A stretch of 64,000 nucleotides of DNA, taken from contig OX597825.1 of the NCBI GenBank assembly GCA_951406725.2, positions 7,006,001 to 7,070,000 of the forward strand, given 5' to 3'. Under the pieces are notes generated by a model. The model was not told the DNA's origin. It worked only from the letters and a program-made list of their open reading frames with translations, and made no database searches. The position numbers and the translations under genes were made by a program. The stretch is from Octopus vulgaris (taxonomy: Eukaryota). The number at the start of each line of letters is the position of its first letter. Within the stretch, counting starts at the first letter, position 1. Below are positions 13,775 through 26,545 of this stretch, piece by piece.

Positions 13775-14046
13775 AAAAGCACCAGTGCTGGAACTGCATT
13801 AGTGCACCGGCACTGGTGCTGCATTAGTGCACCTGTGTTGGTGTTGCATAAATGCAACCTAGCCAGTAACGTGTAAAAAGCACCCAGCATACTCTGCTAC
13901 GTGGTGGGCATTTGGAAGGGCACCCAGCCGTAGAGTCCATGATACAGCAAACAGTTGGAGCCTGGATAGCTTCCTATTAGCCAGCCCCTGTCAAACTGTC
14001 CAACCCATGCCAGCATGAAAAGCAGACGTTAAGCAATGATGATGAG
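13775..14046 (+). mobile_element. SINE family C (Meta-like domain, (GAT)n tail)
   Basis: GGAAGGGCACCCAGCCGTAG..GTCCAACCCATGCCAGCATGAAAAGCAGACGTTAAG..GATGATGA. Confidence 0.8.
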
Positions 14047-14289
14047 GATTTCTTACACCTTTCCTTTTTCTAAGCGTTATAAACAACAGCTTTTTTGGTA
14101 AATGCCCAAATTCCAGTTCAATCGATGCTTTCTTTTTTAACCGATAAGGCCAATATCTACACTGAATGAATGTAGTGTTAATCACATCAACAATGATATC
14201 ATCATCACCATCATCATCATCATCATCATCCAGTGTTTTAAATCTGGAGTGGTTGGCATTAGGAAGGGTATCCAGCTGTAGAAACTCTC

Positions 14290-14870
14290 CCATCTCTCAC
14301 CAGCATACACACACTCACAAACTCACAAACACACACAAACTCAAACACACACACACAAACACACAGTCTCACAAAAAACACATACAAACATACACAAATA
14401 GACTCACAAACACACACAAACACACACACACACACACATACATACATAAATAGACATACACACACACAGACTCACAAACACAAACAAACAAGCCCCCCAC
14501 ACACAAAAACACACATACACACAGACAAACACACACACAAACAAACTCACACACACACACACACTCACAAACACAAACACACAAACCACACACTCACACA
14601 CACACATAGACTCACACAAACACGCACACACACACATAAACTGACTCACAAACACAAACAAGCCACACACACACACAAAAACACACACACACACAAAACA
14701 CACACACACACACATAGACTCATACAAACATGCACACACACACATAAACTGACTCACAAACACACACACACAAACCACACACTCACACACATAGACTCAC
14801 ACAAACACGCACACACACACACATAAACTGACTCACAAACACACACAGAAACACACATGCACACACCAGT
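14290..14870. repeat. Complex CA-rich minisatellite with higher-order repeats
   Basis: ATAGACTCACACAAACACGCACAC..ATAAACTGACTCACAAACAC blocks recur three times. Confidence 0.85.
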
Positions 14871-16174
14871 CTCGCTGCTTAGTCCCCCATCTTTTCTCAT
14901 GACTAGAGTTTTACTTTATATCAATGTATAACAATTTTATTCATTTTTATACAATTTCATAAAACTAAGCTAAATAAATGAACACAAATTATTTAATTCT
15001 TTTTTCTGTTGGTGCCACTATAATTTCATTTCATCCTTGCAGACAATAATAACCTGATTAGTTCTCTCTCAAGCAATTATTGGGTTTCATTTCCAACCAC
15101 AATTTCATGGAATTTGAAACTTTAAACATTTTTTTTTTTATAAATTCCAAGTTTCTGTTTGTTTCTACACAACCTACCTCTTCACCTTTACTCCTCCCAC
15201 TTCTACCCACCTAACTATTCCTTTCCACCCGTCCTCCTCCTCCTCTCTCTCTCTCTCTCCTCTACTCCACCTCTCTCCCCAGCTCTTTGATGCGTTCTTA
15301 AACCCTTCAAGCATCTGCAAACCTTGACCCATCTTTTGATAGAATTTCATTTCAACCTTAACATTCTTCAGTTCTAACCCACCACCACTGTCACCACAAC
15401 CACCACTGCTGCCATCACTGCCGCCACCACCACTACCGCTGCCGCCACCACCACCACCACCACCACCACCACAACCACCTCCACCACAACCACAGCCGCT
15501 ATCACCACCAGCACCACAAACCGCAACTGCCGCTATCACCACCACCGCCGCCGCCGCAACCATGCACCGCCGCCACCATCATGTTCATAACCATTATTAC
15601 AACCATACAAAAGCAAAAACAAAAAAAAGAACCCTACATTATTGCCCCTAACCCAGCTACATCCCCTGCCTCATCACCCTGTTCCTTCACCATAATGCTA
15701 TTTACAATATTTTATTTCTCTCGTTTCCTTCGTACCATTTCTACCAACAACTTGTTTCTCTTGGAGCTGAATCCTATCACCTATCAGATGTTTTCTTGCA
15801 AGAATAACAGTGTCATCCTATACGCCACCTTCCTCTGCATTCTTCATCAAAGAACTTCTAAAGGAGGTGGTGGAAGCTCTTTCACGGAACAGTTAATGGT
15901 TCATAGCCCAGTGACTGAGGTGGACTTTAACCTGGGAACCATTATAATACTCTATTCCGAACCCTTACAATACTAGCTAATAAGAGACCTCACCAACAAA
16001 GAAAAAAACCAATTGTAAATTGATGTGTAATTCCGTGATGTGCATTTTGGTGCTGGGTATTTAGTGCAACAAAGAAGATTTCATTTGGTAGTGCCTGAAA
16101 TAGAATGTGCTTTGAAGGGAGGATCAAAAAGGGGCTTTCACAACACGTGAGTCAATAATAATAATAGAAATAAT

Positions 16175-16175
16175 A

Positions 16176-16208
<33 letters not shown>

Positions 16209-16215
16209 CTGATGG

Positions 16216-16262
<47 letters not shown>
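16175..16262. repeat. (GAT)n microsatellite
   Basis: Direct reading. Confidence 0.95.
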
Positions 16263-16264
<2 letters not shown>

Positions 16265-16375
16265 CTCTTCCCATCAAAAAGATGATGTATGAGTGTTCAT
16301 CTTTTGCCAAACGACCTGCAGAAATGATTAGTTTATTGTGATCAAATGTTCGTGCCACAAATTAGCTCACTAATT

Positions 16376-16528
16376 ACAGTTCTAAATTTAAGAGATGAGG
16401 AATTATGTACATTATTTACATTTGACAGATATTTGTCCTCATCTTCTTTGTTGTTAACACAATATTTCAGCTGATATACCTTCCAGCTTTCATCAGGTGT
16501 CTTGGGGAAATTTCGAACCTGATTTGGG
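16376..16528 (-). mobile_element. Family F 3' half with hammerhead-like motif (16456-16501)
   Basis: Minus strand: GACAC CTGATGA A AGCTG gaaggtatat CAGCT GAAA TA TT GTGTT. Confidence 0.75.
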
Positions 16529-16529
16529 T

Positions 16530-16874
16530 ATGTGTATATGTGTGTAGTGTGTGTGTGTGTATAGTATGTGTGTAGTGTGTGAAGTGTGAGTTTGTGTGTA
16601 TAGATATAGATATATGTGTGCATGTGTCTGTGTGTCTATATATATATAGAGAGAGAGAGAGACAGAGAGATCTATATAGATAGATAGATAAACAGATAGA
16701 CAAATAGATAGATAGATATATGTATGGGTGTGTGTATGTATGTATGTATATATGCATATATGCATGCATGCATGCATGCATGTATGCATGTATGTATGTA
16801 TGTATGTGTGTATGTATGTATGTATGTATGTATGTATGTATATATGTATGCATGTATGTATGTATGTATGTATG

Positions 16875-16906
<32 letters not shown>

Positions 16907-17257
16907 CCTGCATGTATGTATGTATGTATGTATGTATGCATGTATGTATGTATGCATGTATATATGTATTGCTTTTTTCCTTAACTGACGTTGGCCAAAA
17001 GCAGACCAGACTCTTCACCAATGTCGGATCAGAAGGCAAAGCTACAGCCTTAAGTCTGTATAGATATCTCTCTAGGAATATACACATAAAAAAGTTTACC
17101 TTATTTGTTTCTAACACAATTTCTCATCGTGTAAGAATATGAACACACACAAGCACACATACACACACACGTATGAACTCGCACATTCTCTCTCCCCTCT
17201 CTGCCTGTCTATCAGTCCGTCTGTCTGTCTCTCTCTCTCTCCCTCTCTTTCTCTGGT
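16530..17257 (+). repeat. Left arm of a long inverted duplication (partner at 22445-23330)
   Basis: The unique core at 16965-17150 is nearly identical to the reverse complement of 22553-22740. Confidence 0.92.
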
Positions 17258-17522
17258 GAAAGACAAAGTTGATCTCAGCAGAATTTAAACTCAAAGTCAG
17301 ACAAAATGCCTCTAAGCATTTAGCTCTGCAAGGTAACCATTCTGCCAAGGTGGCTGTCTTCGTAAATGCAGGAAATATGTTTGATTGCTTACTTGTTTAC
17401 CACAGAATGTTGAATTAGTACTTCCTTACAGCTGCCAAAACCAAAACACCTGCTCACTAGAGGGATTCTGCTTTTTCAGAGCAGGGGTCTAGAGAGAGAC
17501 TCTTAGAGAAACTAGATGGGGG

Positions 17523-17875
17523 ATCATCATCATCGTTTAACGTCTGCTTTCCATGCTAGCATGGGTTGGACGAATGACTGAGGTCTGGTGAACCAGATGG
17601 CTGCACCAGGCTTCAGTTTTGATCTGGCAGTGTTTCTACAACTGGATGCCCTTCCTAACGCCAGCCACTCCAAGGGTGTAGTAGGTGCTTTTACATGCCA
17701 CTGGCATGGGAGCCAGACAGGCAGTACTGGCAACGACCTCGCACAAATCTTTTACACATGCCACCAGCACAGGTGCCAGTAAGGTGATGCTGATAATGAT
17801 CATGCTCAAATGGTGTCTTTTACATGCCACCGGCATGGAGGCCAGATAGCCACTCTGGCAATGATCATGCTCCAA
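17523..17875 (-). mobile_element. SINE family C
   Basis: CATCATCGTTTAACGTC..CCATGCTAGCATGGGTTGGAC..GGATGCCCTTCCTAACGCC. Confidence 0.88.
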
Positions 17876-18224
17876 ATAATACGAATTACTCAGCATATTT
17901 ACATTTTATATGCAATAACAAGGAAAACTCTACTTCTCTCACTCATTATATTTGGTGGCTCTGGAAGCAGGGAAATATCTGGTCTAGAATAATCTGGAAT
18001 ATTTTTGGAAAGAATGCTACCCACTCACTTGGTACACATAACTTTTATTGCTGTGTCAGCAAGAAATTTCCAAGACTGCAGCTGTCTAGAAAACTGAACT
18101 GGACTTCTTCTGTTGCCAATGCAGCTCTTTGATAACTAATTCTAAGCTGTTAGCCATTTATACCATTCCATAATTTTGGCACCACATATTGCAAATGGCC
18201 TACTGTACTCCTTAACAAGAAAAC

Positions 18225-18793
18225 TCAGCTGTCATTTCGGTTACTGCACACAGGGCAATTACTTATTTGTTATGGGTTAATTATAAGTTAGTAGCTGTTA
18301 AAACCCTCCCATAAACTTTATTGGAATGTTTAACTTCAATTAACTTCTCTTAAATTAAACTGAAATTTGTAACCAAAGCAAGCAGCCGGCAGTTTCCAAA
18401 GTAGCAATCTCACTGTGTGACCCAAACCGGTCATTGAGAATAAACCTCAATTGCCAGCTTACCCAAGTATGCTTCTCACTTTTATGAAACTTCAAGCAAT
18501 GTGTCTCTGAGTAAACTGAATATCTAAGCTCCTCAACTGTCATTTTGGTTACCACCCACAGGGCAATTGCCTATTTGTTAAGGTTAATTATAAGTTAGTA
18601 GCTGTTAAAACCCTCCCATAAATTTTATTGGAATATTTAACTTTAACTGAAATTTGTAACCAAAGCAAGCAGCCAGCAGCTTCCAAAGTAGCAATCTCAC
18701 TGTAAGATCCAAACTGGTAATTGAGAATAAGCCTCAGTTGCCAGCCTACTCGAGTGAATTTCTCGTTTTTATGAAACTTCAACCAATGTGTCT
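18225..18793. repeat. ~308 bp diverged tandem duplication (two units)
   Basis: CACAGGGCAATT..GTTAATTATAAGTTAGTAGCTGTTAAAACCCTCCCATAAA..GAAACTTCAA occurs at about 18249 and 18557. Confidence 0.88.
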
Positions 18794-18838
18794 ACGAATT
18801 GTGTGTGTGTGTAAGAAAAAATGCATACAAATAAATTA

Positions 18839-18951
18839 GTACATTATTTGCATTATTTACATTTGACAGATATTTGTTCTCATCTTGTTTATTAAAACAA
18901 CATTTCAGCTGGTATATCCTTCAGCCTTCATCAGGTGTCTTGGGGGAATTT
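18839..18951 (-). mobile_element. Family F fragment with hammerhead-like motif (18894-18939)
   Basis: Minus strand: GACAC CTGATGA A GGCTG aaggatatac CAGCT GAAA TG TT GTTTT. Confidence 0.7.
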
Positions 18952-19180
18952 CTTTATTGCCCACAGGGGGATAAACATAGAGTGGACAAACAAGGACAGA
19001 CAAAGGGTTTCAGTCGATTACATCGACCCCAGTGCATAACTGGTACTTATTTAATCAATCTCGAAAGGATGAAAGGCAAAGTCGACCTCGGTGGAATCTG
19101 AACTCAGAAGCTAACGCTAAACGAAATACCACTAGGCATTTCGCTCGGCGTGGTAACGATTCTGCCAGCTTGCCGTCCTT
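18950..19180 (-). mobile_element. SINE family B, full length
   Basis: Reverse complement of the B consensus, including the GTGGGCAATAAAGAAA tail. Confidence 0.88.
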
Positions 19181-19206
19181 CATATAAATATATTGCTTGT
19201 GTATGT

Positions 19207-19264
<58 letters not shown>

Positions 19265-19424
19265 TTCAATTAGAGGTTGGAAACAGCTGTTAGAGATCAT
19301 ATTCATTTTTGCAATTAATAAATATACTTATTAATTGATATCTCACCATTTTCTTATTTTTTATATATATATATACAAATTGTTTGCATGCATCGCTAAT
19401 TGAGAAGCACTCAGTTATCATTAA

Positions 19425-19647
19425 CCCATTAACTCCCAGACTACATAAATTTCTGAATCTTAGTTTTAAATCTTTACAGATGATTGAAAATGGGTTAAAA
19501 TGAAAAAAATAATTATTAAAACTCCTTCACTTCGAGTAGAAATGGAAATACTCAGTGTCCTATAAATAGGACACTGAGACAATGTGATATAGCTTATTTA
19601 ATGTTCTCATTTAGTGTCCTATTTATAGGACAGTAGGACTTAAGGGG
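19425..19647. mobile_element. piggyBac-type MITE with TTAA target duplication
   Basis: TTAA|CCCATTAACTCC ... GGACTTAAGGGG|TTAA (10/12 TIR match) with internal GTGTCCTATAAATAGGACAC palindromes. Confidence 0.75.
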
Positions 19648-19844
19648 TTAAGGGTGTGAAACTGAAGAGAGTACCATTGGTCAATAACTGATGAAGAATT
19701 ACAGACTTTCTGTTAGTCTTCTATTCGATTTTACATACAGTATATGTTATATCGTTTGTTCATACATTTTCATCTGTCTGCCTGTCTGTCTGTCTGTCTG
19801 TCTCTCTCTCTTTCTATATATATATATATTAATCAATTAATTTA

Positions 19845-20092
19845 ATGCGCCCTTTTAAAGCCTAGCCAGGCTCATGGGCCCGGTTTCCCGGTTTCAATGG
19901 CGTATGTGTTCCCCCAGCTGGACGGGGTACCAGTCCATCGCAGCATTACTCATTTTTATGCCAGCTGAGTGGACTGGAGCAACATGAAATGAAGTGTTTT
20001 GCTCATGAGCACAACGCATCGCCCGGTCCAGGAATCAAAACCACAATCTTACGATCATGATGCTGACACCCTAACCACTAAGCCCCGCACCT

Positions 20093-20095
<3 letters not shown>
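19845..20095 (-). mobile_element. Family D-related SINE with an alternative 3' tail
   Basis: Shares the D head and CORE-like body (CAGCTGAGTGGACTGGAGCAAC), but has a different tail. Confidence 0.75.
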
Positions 20096-20141
<46 letters not shown>

Positions 20142-20145
20142 AAAA

Positions 20146-20209
20146 CATTAGAGAAATAATAGATTTTGAGTCTGATGAGTCACCTATACAGTCACACAAA
20201 TATACATAT

Positions 20210-20251
<42 letters not shown>

Positions 20252-20312
20252 TAGAGAAATAATAGATTTTGAGTCTGATGAGTCACCTATACAGTCACAC
20301 AAATATACATAT

Positions 20313-20354
<42 letters not shown>
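20146..20354. repeat. ~104 bp tandem duplication ending in (CA)n
   Basis: ATTAGAGAAATAATAGATTTTGAGTCTGATGAGTCACCTATACAGTCACACAAATATACATATG occurs twice. Confidence 0.92.
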
Positions 20355-20357
<3 letters not shown>

Positions 20358-21120
20358 AAGGTACTCAGCAGCAGCAGCAGCCATTCATGTCCACTTTCTA
20401 TGGTGTCAAAAGTTAAATTAGTCATCAGAGTCCAAGTCGTTTTCATTCAGATTCCCTGCTCTCCCTGACAGGTTGTCAGACCAAATATTCCTGGTATTGT
20501 ATGGTTCCGTTTTGCTTTGATTTCAATTCATTTTGATTCGGATACACTTCCAACCATGGTTTACAATTGTGGGTTTGTCTTTTACTTTGTAGAAGTCTTC
20601 CTCACCTCTTTATAATGTCTTCATTTACACAGGGCTTGGTGACGGATGACTTGAATAGAAAAAGGCAGAGATGGTAAAAGAACCAGGATTGGAGGGAGAA
20701 TATCAGGAATGTAGCAGTAGAAGAAGAGTTATTGGAATGAAGGATGATTGAGTGTGAGAATATTTTCCTGTTCCTATTGTTATTTTGTTGTAGGTTTCTA
20801 CTACAAAACCTTGTATCTGACTCCACTCTCCCTGAACGTGTGAGTTCCATGGCCACTAGATCCTGTCAAACCTTCTAACCCATGCCAGCAGGGAACACGA
20901 ACGTTAAATGAGCATGATATAGATTATTGGTTTTGTGGTGGTGACTTCAAAATAGCTTCCTAGTTTTTTTATATTTATTTCTGTTCTAAGCTCTTCCATT
21001 CACTTAATTGCACATATCCTGTCCAGTACAAGAGGAACTGTGGGATAAGAGCAATGGTTTATATGCTCGCTCGACAGAGCAGTGGTGTCAGGCTGCGTCT
21101 GTAAAAAAACAAGAAAAAAA

Positions 21121-21548
21121 TAGGCATAGGAGTGGCTCTGTGGTAAGTAGCTTGATTACAAACCACATAGTTCTGGGTTCAGTCCCACTGCATGGCACCT
21201 TGGGCAAGTGTCTTCTACTATAGTCTCGGGCTGACCAAAGCCTTCTGAGTGGATTTGGTAGACAGAGACTGAAAGAAGCCTGTCGTATATATAAATATAT
21301 ATATATATAATATATGTATGTGTGTGTATATGTTTGTGTGTCTATGTTTGTCCCCCCCCAACATCGCTTGACAACCGATGTTGGTGGGTTTACGTCCCCG
21401 TAACATAGTGGTTCAGCAAAAGAGACCGATAGAATAAGTATTAGGCTTATACAAAGACTAAGTCCTGGGTCAATTTGCTCGACTAAAGGCGGTGCTCCAG
21501 TATGGCCACAGTCAAATGACTGAAACAAGTAAAAGAGTAAAAGAGAGT
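21121..21548 (+). mobile_element. SINE family A, full length
   Basis: Matches the A consensus. Confidence 0.92.
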
Positions 21549-22156
21549 ATACAACCCAACGTACATTTCTATCAATTGTAGATTTAACAATAATATTTTA
21601 CAATTGCATTATAGAATACGGTAAATACGATACAATATTCTAAATGATAAATATTATAAAAATATAAATATTTTTTTATGGTGGCATTAAGACGAAAAAA
21701 TTAGGAAAAAGACAAGAATTCAAACATTGTGGTATGGAGGCTTCTTTCAAGACATAGCAACAGAAACTATTCTAGTTTAATATTGACACAAGAAAACAGA
21801 TTCCATTGGCTCCATATCTATCTTCCTCCACCACCACCAACCCACCTCATTATTATTATTATTATCATCATTATTGTTGTTGTTGTTTTTGTAGCTGCTG
21901 CTGCTGTAGTGAAATAAGTCATGGTTGAAAAGATCCAGTAACTTTCAGTTAAAGGCTTCAGTTTTCCTCGAGTCTGTACATACTGGTTCTAACCTGGTTT
22001 AATGCCAACAGCAACAATGGTATTTCCAGCAGATATAACTGTCCTCGAGAGAGTCTTGAAGGTTTTCGTGTTTTGCATTTTTGCATTTTGTCCCGATATA
22101 GCATCCAAAATAGATATTCCACTAGCCATACACCTCTGCCCCACCCACCCCCACTT

Positions 22157-22187
<31 letters not shown>

Positions 22188-22444
22188 GCACCCCATCCTC
22201 GGCGTCATCCAAAGGATATATTGGTGGAAGGGTGAGGTAGGGATAATGTCTTCATAATCAGATAAAAAAAATAAGACTCCACCAAAATATTCCTGAAATA
22301 CACAGTCTTTGAGAAGAGAGAGTGAGGGCTGGGGGGGGGGAGAATGAAGGAGGTGGAACAGGAAGAAAACCATGTTTTACTTCACCCACCCTGGTAGGTA
22401 AGATGGAACTATTTTCATATAGATTCCAGCACATTATTATATAT

Positions 22445-23150
22445 ACCAGAGAAAGAGAGGGAGAGAGAGAGAGACAGACAGACGGACTGATAGACAGGCA
22501 GAGAGGGGAGAGAGAATGTGCGAGTTCATACGTGTGTGTGTATGTGTGCTACTGTGTGTTCATATTCTTACACGATGAGAAATTGTGTTAGAAACAAATA
22601 AGGTAAACTTTTTTATGTGTATATTCCTAGAGAGATATCTATACAGACTTAAGGCTGTAGCTTTGCCTTCCGATCCGACATTGGTGAAGAGTCTGGTCTG
22701 CTTTTGACCAACGTCAGTTAAGGAAAAAAGCAATACATATATACATGCATACATACATACATGCATATATACATACATACACACATACATGCAGGCATAC
22801 ACACATACATACATGCATGCATATATGCACGTAAAAAGCAGCCACTACACTCACGGAGTGGTTGGCGTTAGGAAGGGCATCCAGCTGTAGAAACACTGCC
22901 AGATAAGACTGGAGCCTGGTGCAGCCTTCTGGCTTCCCAGATCCCCGGTCGAACCGTCCAACCCATGCTAGCATGGAGAACGGACGTTAAACGACGATGA
23001 TGATGATGATGATACATACATACATACGTACACATACTCATACACATATCTATGTATGTATTTATCTATCTATCTATCTATTTGTCTATCTATCTATTTG
23101 TCTATCTATCTCTTTGTCTGTCTATCTATGTATCTATCTATCTCTATAGA

Positions 23151-23204
<54 letters not shown>

Positions 23205-23330
23205 CACACACACACAGAGACACATGCACACATATATCTATATCTATACACTCATACACAAACTTATACTTCATACACTATGCACATACTATACACACAC
23301 ACTACACACTTTACACACTACACATTTCAC
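22445..23330 (-). repeat. Right arm of the inverted duplication, interrupted by a family C SINE (22827-23012, +)
   Basis: Reverse complement of 16530-17257 plus the SINE insertion. Confidence 0.9.
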
Positions 23331-23644
23331 ACACACAAACACACACGCACACACTACACACGCACACACACGCACAGGTGTGTGTGTATGCATACATGAA
23401 AAGACAAACTCATATATGCATGCAATTTCTGGCAGTGCTTTCTCGAAGGTATTGCAAAATGATCAAACACATTATGCAATCAAAAACATCCAGGTAATCT
23501 CAGAGTGGCCAATAATAAACGATATAAACATGTTATAACAATCACAGAGCAGAGGTTAATACCCTGCGAAAAACAAATAATCAGACGGACAGACAGACAG
23601 ATGGACAAACAGACAGACAGGTAGAGATGCATCATCTTTTTATA

Positions 23645-24125
23645 TTTCATCTTTTACTTGTTTCCATCATCAGAGTGTGGCCCTGCTGGGGCACTGCATT
23701 GAAGAATTTTTAGTTGAATAAATCAAGCCAAATACTTTCTTAATAAGCCTGGTGCTCATTTTATTGATCTCTTTGGCTGAGCCACTAAGTTACAGGGACG
23801 TAAACACACCAACACCAGTTATGAAGGGTTATGAAGGCAAGGTGGTGAGCTGGCAGAAACATTAGCACACCGGGCAAAATGCTTAGTGGTATTTTGTCTG
23901 TTGTTACATTCTGAGTTCAAATTCCGCCAAGGTTGACTTTGCCTTTCATCCTTTCGGGGTCAATTAAATAAGTACCAGTTACGCACTGGGGTCGATGTAA
24001 TCGACTTAATCCATTTGATTGTCTTTGTTTGTCCTCTCTATATTTAGCTCCTTGTGGGCAATAAAGAAATAAGAACACCAGTTATGAAGGGATGGTGGGA
24101 GGACAAACACAGATATAAACACACA
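23645..24125. mobile_element. Family A remnant (-) with nested family B SINE (+, 23835-24073)
   Basis: 18 bp target duplication AACACCAGTTATGAAGGG at 23811-23828 and 24074-24091. Confidence 0.85.
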
Positions 24126-24384
24126 CATATCAGGCTGGTCTGCTGGTCCCGTTGCTAGAAGGTGGTAGGAGTTCACTCCCCTGCTTGCAATATTTTGGAT
24201 GCAGCTGTGCATTGTTAACCAGGTAGAGGAGATGTCCTCTTGGGATCAAAAAATTGCAGTAAAGTCCATTTGGCTGGACAGCCATGTTGAAGTGGCAATG
24301 AACGTTACTTGTTAGTACAATTACTGCATTAATCTCTGAGAGAGATTTTAAAACAGGCATTTTTGCTGACATATATATATACTT

Positions 24385-24801
24385 ACTTTTTACTTTTTTA
24401 CTTGTTTCAGTCATTTGACTGCGGCCATGCTGGAGCACCACCTTTAGTTGAGCAAATCGACCCCGGTACTTATACTTTGTAAGCCCAGTACTTATTCTAT
24501 CGGTCTCTTTTGCCGAACCGCTAAGTGACAGGGACGTAAACACACCAGCATCGGTTGTCAAGCAATGCTAGGGGGACAAACACAGACACACAAACACATA
24601 CACACACATACATATATATATATATATACATATATACGACAGGCTTCTTTCAGTTTCCGTCTACCAAATCCACTCACAAGGCATTGGTTGGCCCGGGGCT
24701 ATAGCAGAAGACACTTGCCCAAGGTGCCATGCAGTGGGACTGAATCTGGAACCATGTGGTTGGTTAGCAAGCTACTTACCACACAGCCACTCCTGCGCCT
24801 A
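24385..24801 (-). mobile_element. SINE family A, full length
   Basis: Reverse complement of the A consensus. Confidence 0.92.
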
Positions 24802-24892
24802 TAGTTGGAATTTACGAAAAAACAAAAGATGAAGACGGGTGTATAAACAACAAACAGATGTATTAGTTTGATGCTTGGGAAGGTGAGAAAGT

Positions 24893-24928
24893 CTTTTACG
24901 TTTCGAGCCTATGCTCTTCAACAGAAAG
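24893..24928 (-). ncRNA. Minimal hammerhead-like motif, family G (A6U core variant)
   Basis: Minus strand: CTTT CTGTTGA A GAGC ATAG GCTC GAAA CG TA AAAG; helices I and II pair perfectly. Confidence 0.6.
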
Positions 24929-25067
24929 GAACACAGAAAGAAGCAGAGAGAGAAAATAAAAAAGTTTTAATGGCTAGTGATCAATCAAGGCAAATCAGAA
25001 GGATATCCTTTAATACAGAATAACTCATTGAACGGGACCTGAACTTTGGAATTTGTTGCCTATATAT

Positions 25068-25121
<54 letters not shown>

Positions 25122-25287
25122 CTTTGTATATGACAAACTTCTTTTGGTTTCTGTTCACTAATTCCACTTACAAGGCTTTGGTTGGCTTGAGGTTATCGTA
25201 GAAGACACACAGTGAGATTGAACCCAGAACCATATGGTTGAAAAGTAAGCTTCATACCACTCAGACACGCCTGTGCCTATGTATGCA

Positions 25288-25337
<50 letters not shown>

Positions 25338-25447
25338 TGTGCGAGTATGCGTGTGTGTGTGTGTGCAGATATCTCTCTCTCTATATATAAATAGATAGAT
25401 AGAGAGAGATCTGCACACACACACATAAATGTGTGTGTGTGTGTGTT

Positions 25448-25478
<31 letters not shown>

Positions 25479-25505
25479 CTACAGTTGTATCTTTGATTCA
25501 TGGCA

Positions 25506-26025
25506 AGGTAAACCTAGACGAGATGCAGTTTGGCTTCTTGCCTGGAAGAAGTACCAAGAATGCAATCTCTCTAGTTAGACAACTGCAGAAGAAATACTTG
25601 GCTAAGAGTAAGCCATTATTTCTGGCATTCATTGACCTGGAGAAGGCGTTTGACAAGGTACCATGTACTGTAATCTGATGGTCACTAAGGAAATCAGACA
25701 TTGATAAATGGCCTGTGAGTGCTGTATATACTATATACAAAAATGCTGTACATAAAGTGGGAATCAAGAATGATTTCAGTGAGGAATTTATCTTGTAGTG
25801 TGCAAGAATATAGACTGTGCTGGTATGAATATGTGGTGATTATAGATGAGAACGGCTGTACAAAGATGTGACGATCACTTAATGCGAATGGAGCTTGTAG
25901 AAGAGAGAAACTCAGGAAGATAGAGACAAGTTGGGGATGGATGACTTCAGGACACTGAGGCCCCCTGGAGGAGATGGCAAAGGACTGAGATGACTGGTAA
26001 GATGTGGTTCTAGAGAAGACCCATC
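25506..26025 (+). mobile_element. RTE-clade LINE reverse-transcriptase fragment, internally deleted
   Basis: VNLDEMQFGFLPGRSTKNAISLVRQLQKKY..LFLAFIDLEKAFDKVP matches the QxGF..GRST and FxDxxKAFD RT motifs; it then jumps to the C-terminal QEYRLCWY region. Confidence 0.88.
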
Positions 26026-26229
26026 CATCTTGACAAAACTGAGTTCTGGAAGTGCTGTGTGTATATAAAAATACATAAATAGGCCCTCGCCCAAACACTG
26101 CCTCATATGACCTCGTCTCTTCCTATCATTGCAGCTCTCCCTTGATAACACTATTTTCCTTGCTACCCAGAACCATTTCACTTGTTGGTCACTCTTCATC
26201 TATTAACGTTTTAGCATTTAATCCAGCCA

Positions 26230-26316
<87 letters not shown>

Positions 26317-26423
26317 CTCTCTCTATATATATAATTCATGTGTGTGTGTATGTGCATGTATACACATACATATATATATATATATCCATGCCAGTATGGA
26401 AAGCGTATGTTAAACAATGATGA

Positions 26424-26469
<46 letters not shown>

Positions 26470-26513
26470 GTATATATAGATGTATTAGTATAATGCTCGG
26501 GAAGTGAAAAAGT

Positions 26514-26545
26514 CTTTAACGTTTCGAGCCTACACTCTTCCACAG
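26514..26545 (-). ncRNA. Second family G hammerhead-like motif
   Basis: Minus strand: CTGTGGA A GAGT GTAG GCTC GAAA CG TT AAAG; downstream flank is homologous to the 24.86-24.90 kb copy. Confidence 0.5.

Noticed and set aside
19264-19700. GAAA-CAGCTG-TT palindrome at 19280 and CTGATGA at 19688
   Set aside because: Possibly pLTR remnants, but the halves cannot be assembled into one motif from this window.
20170-20300. CTGATGA followed by GTCAC..GTCAC in the 104 bp duplication
   Set aside because: The repeat is direct, not complementary, and no GAAA follows, so it is not a hammerhead.
20606-20649. 44 nt minus-strand exon candidate (SSVTKPCVNEDIIK)
   Set aside because: Phase-incompatible with the neighbouring candidates, and it lies in sequence that looks like decayed transposon.
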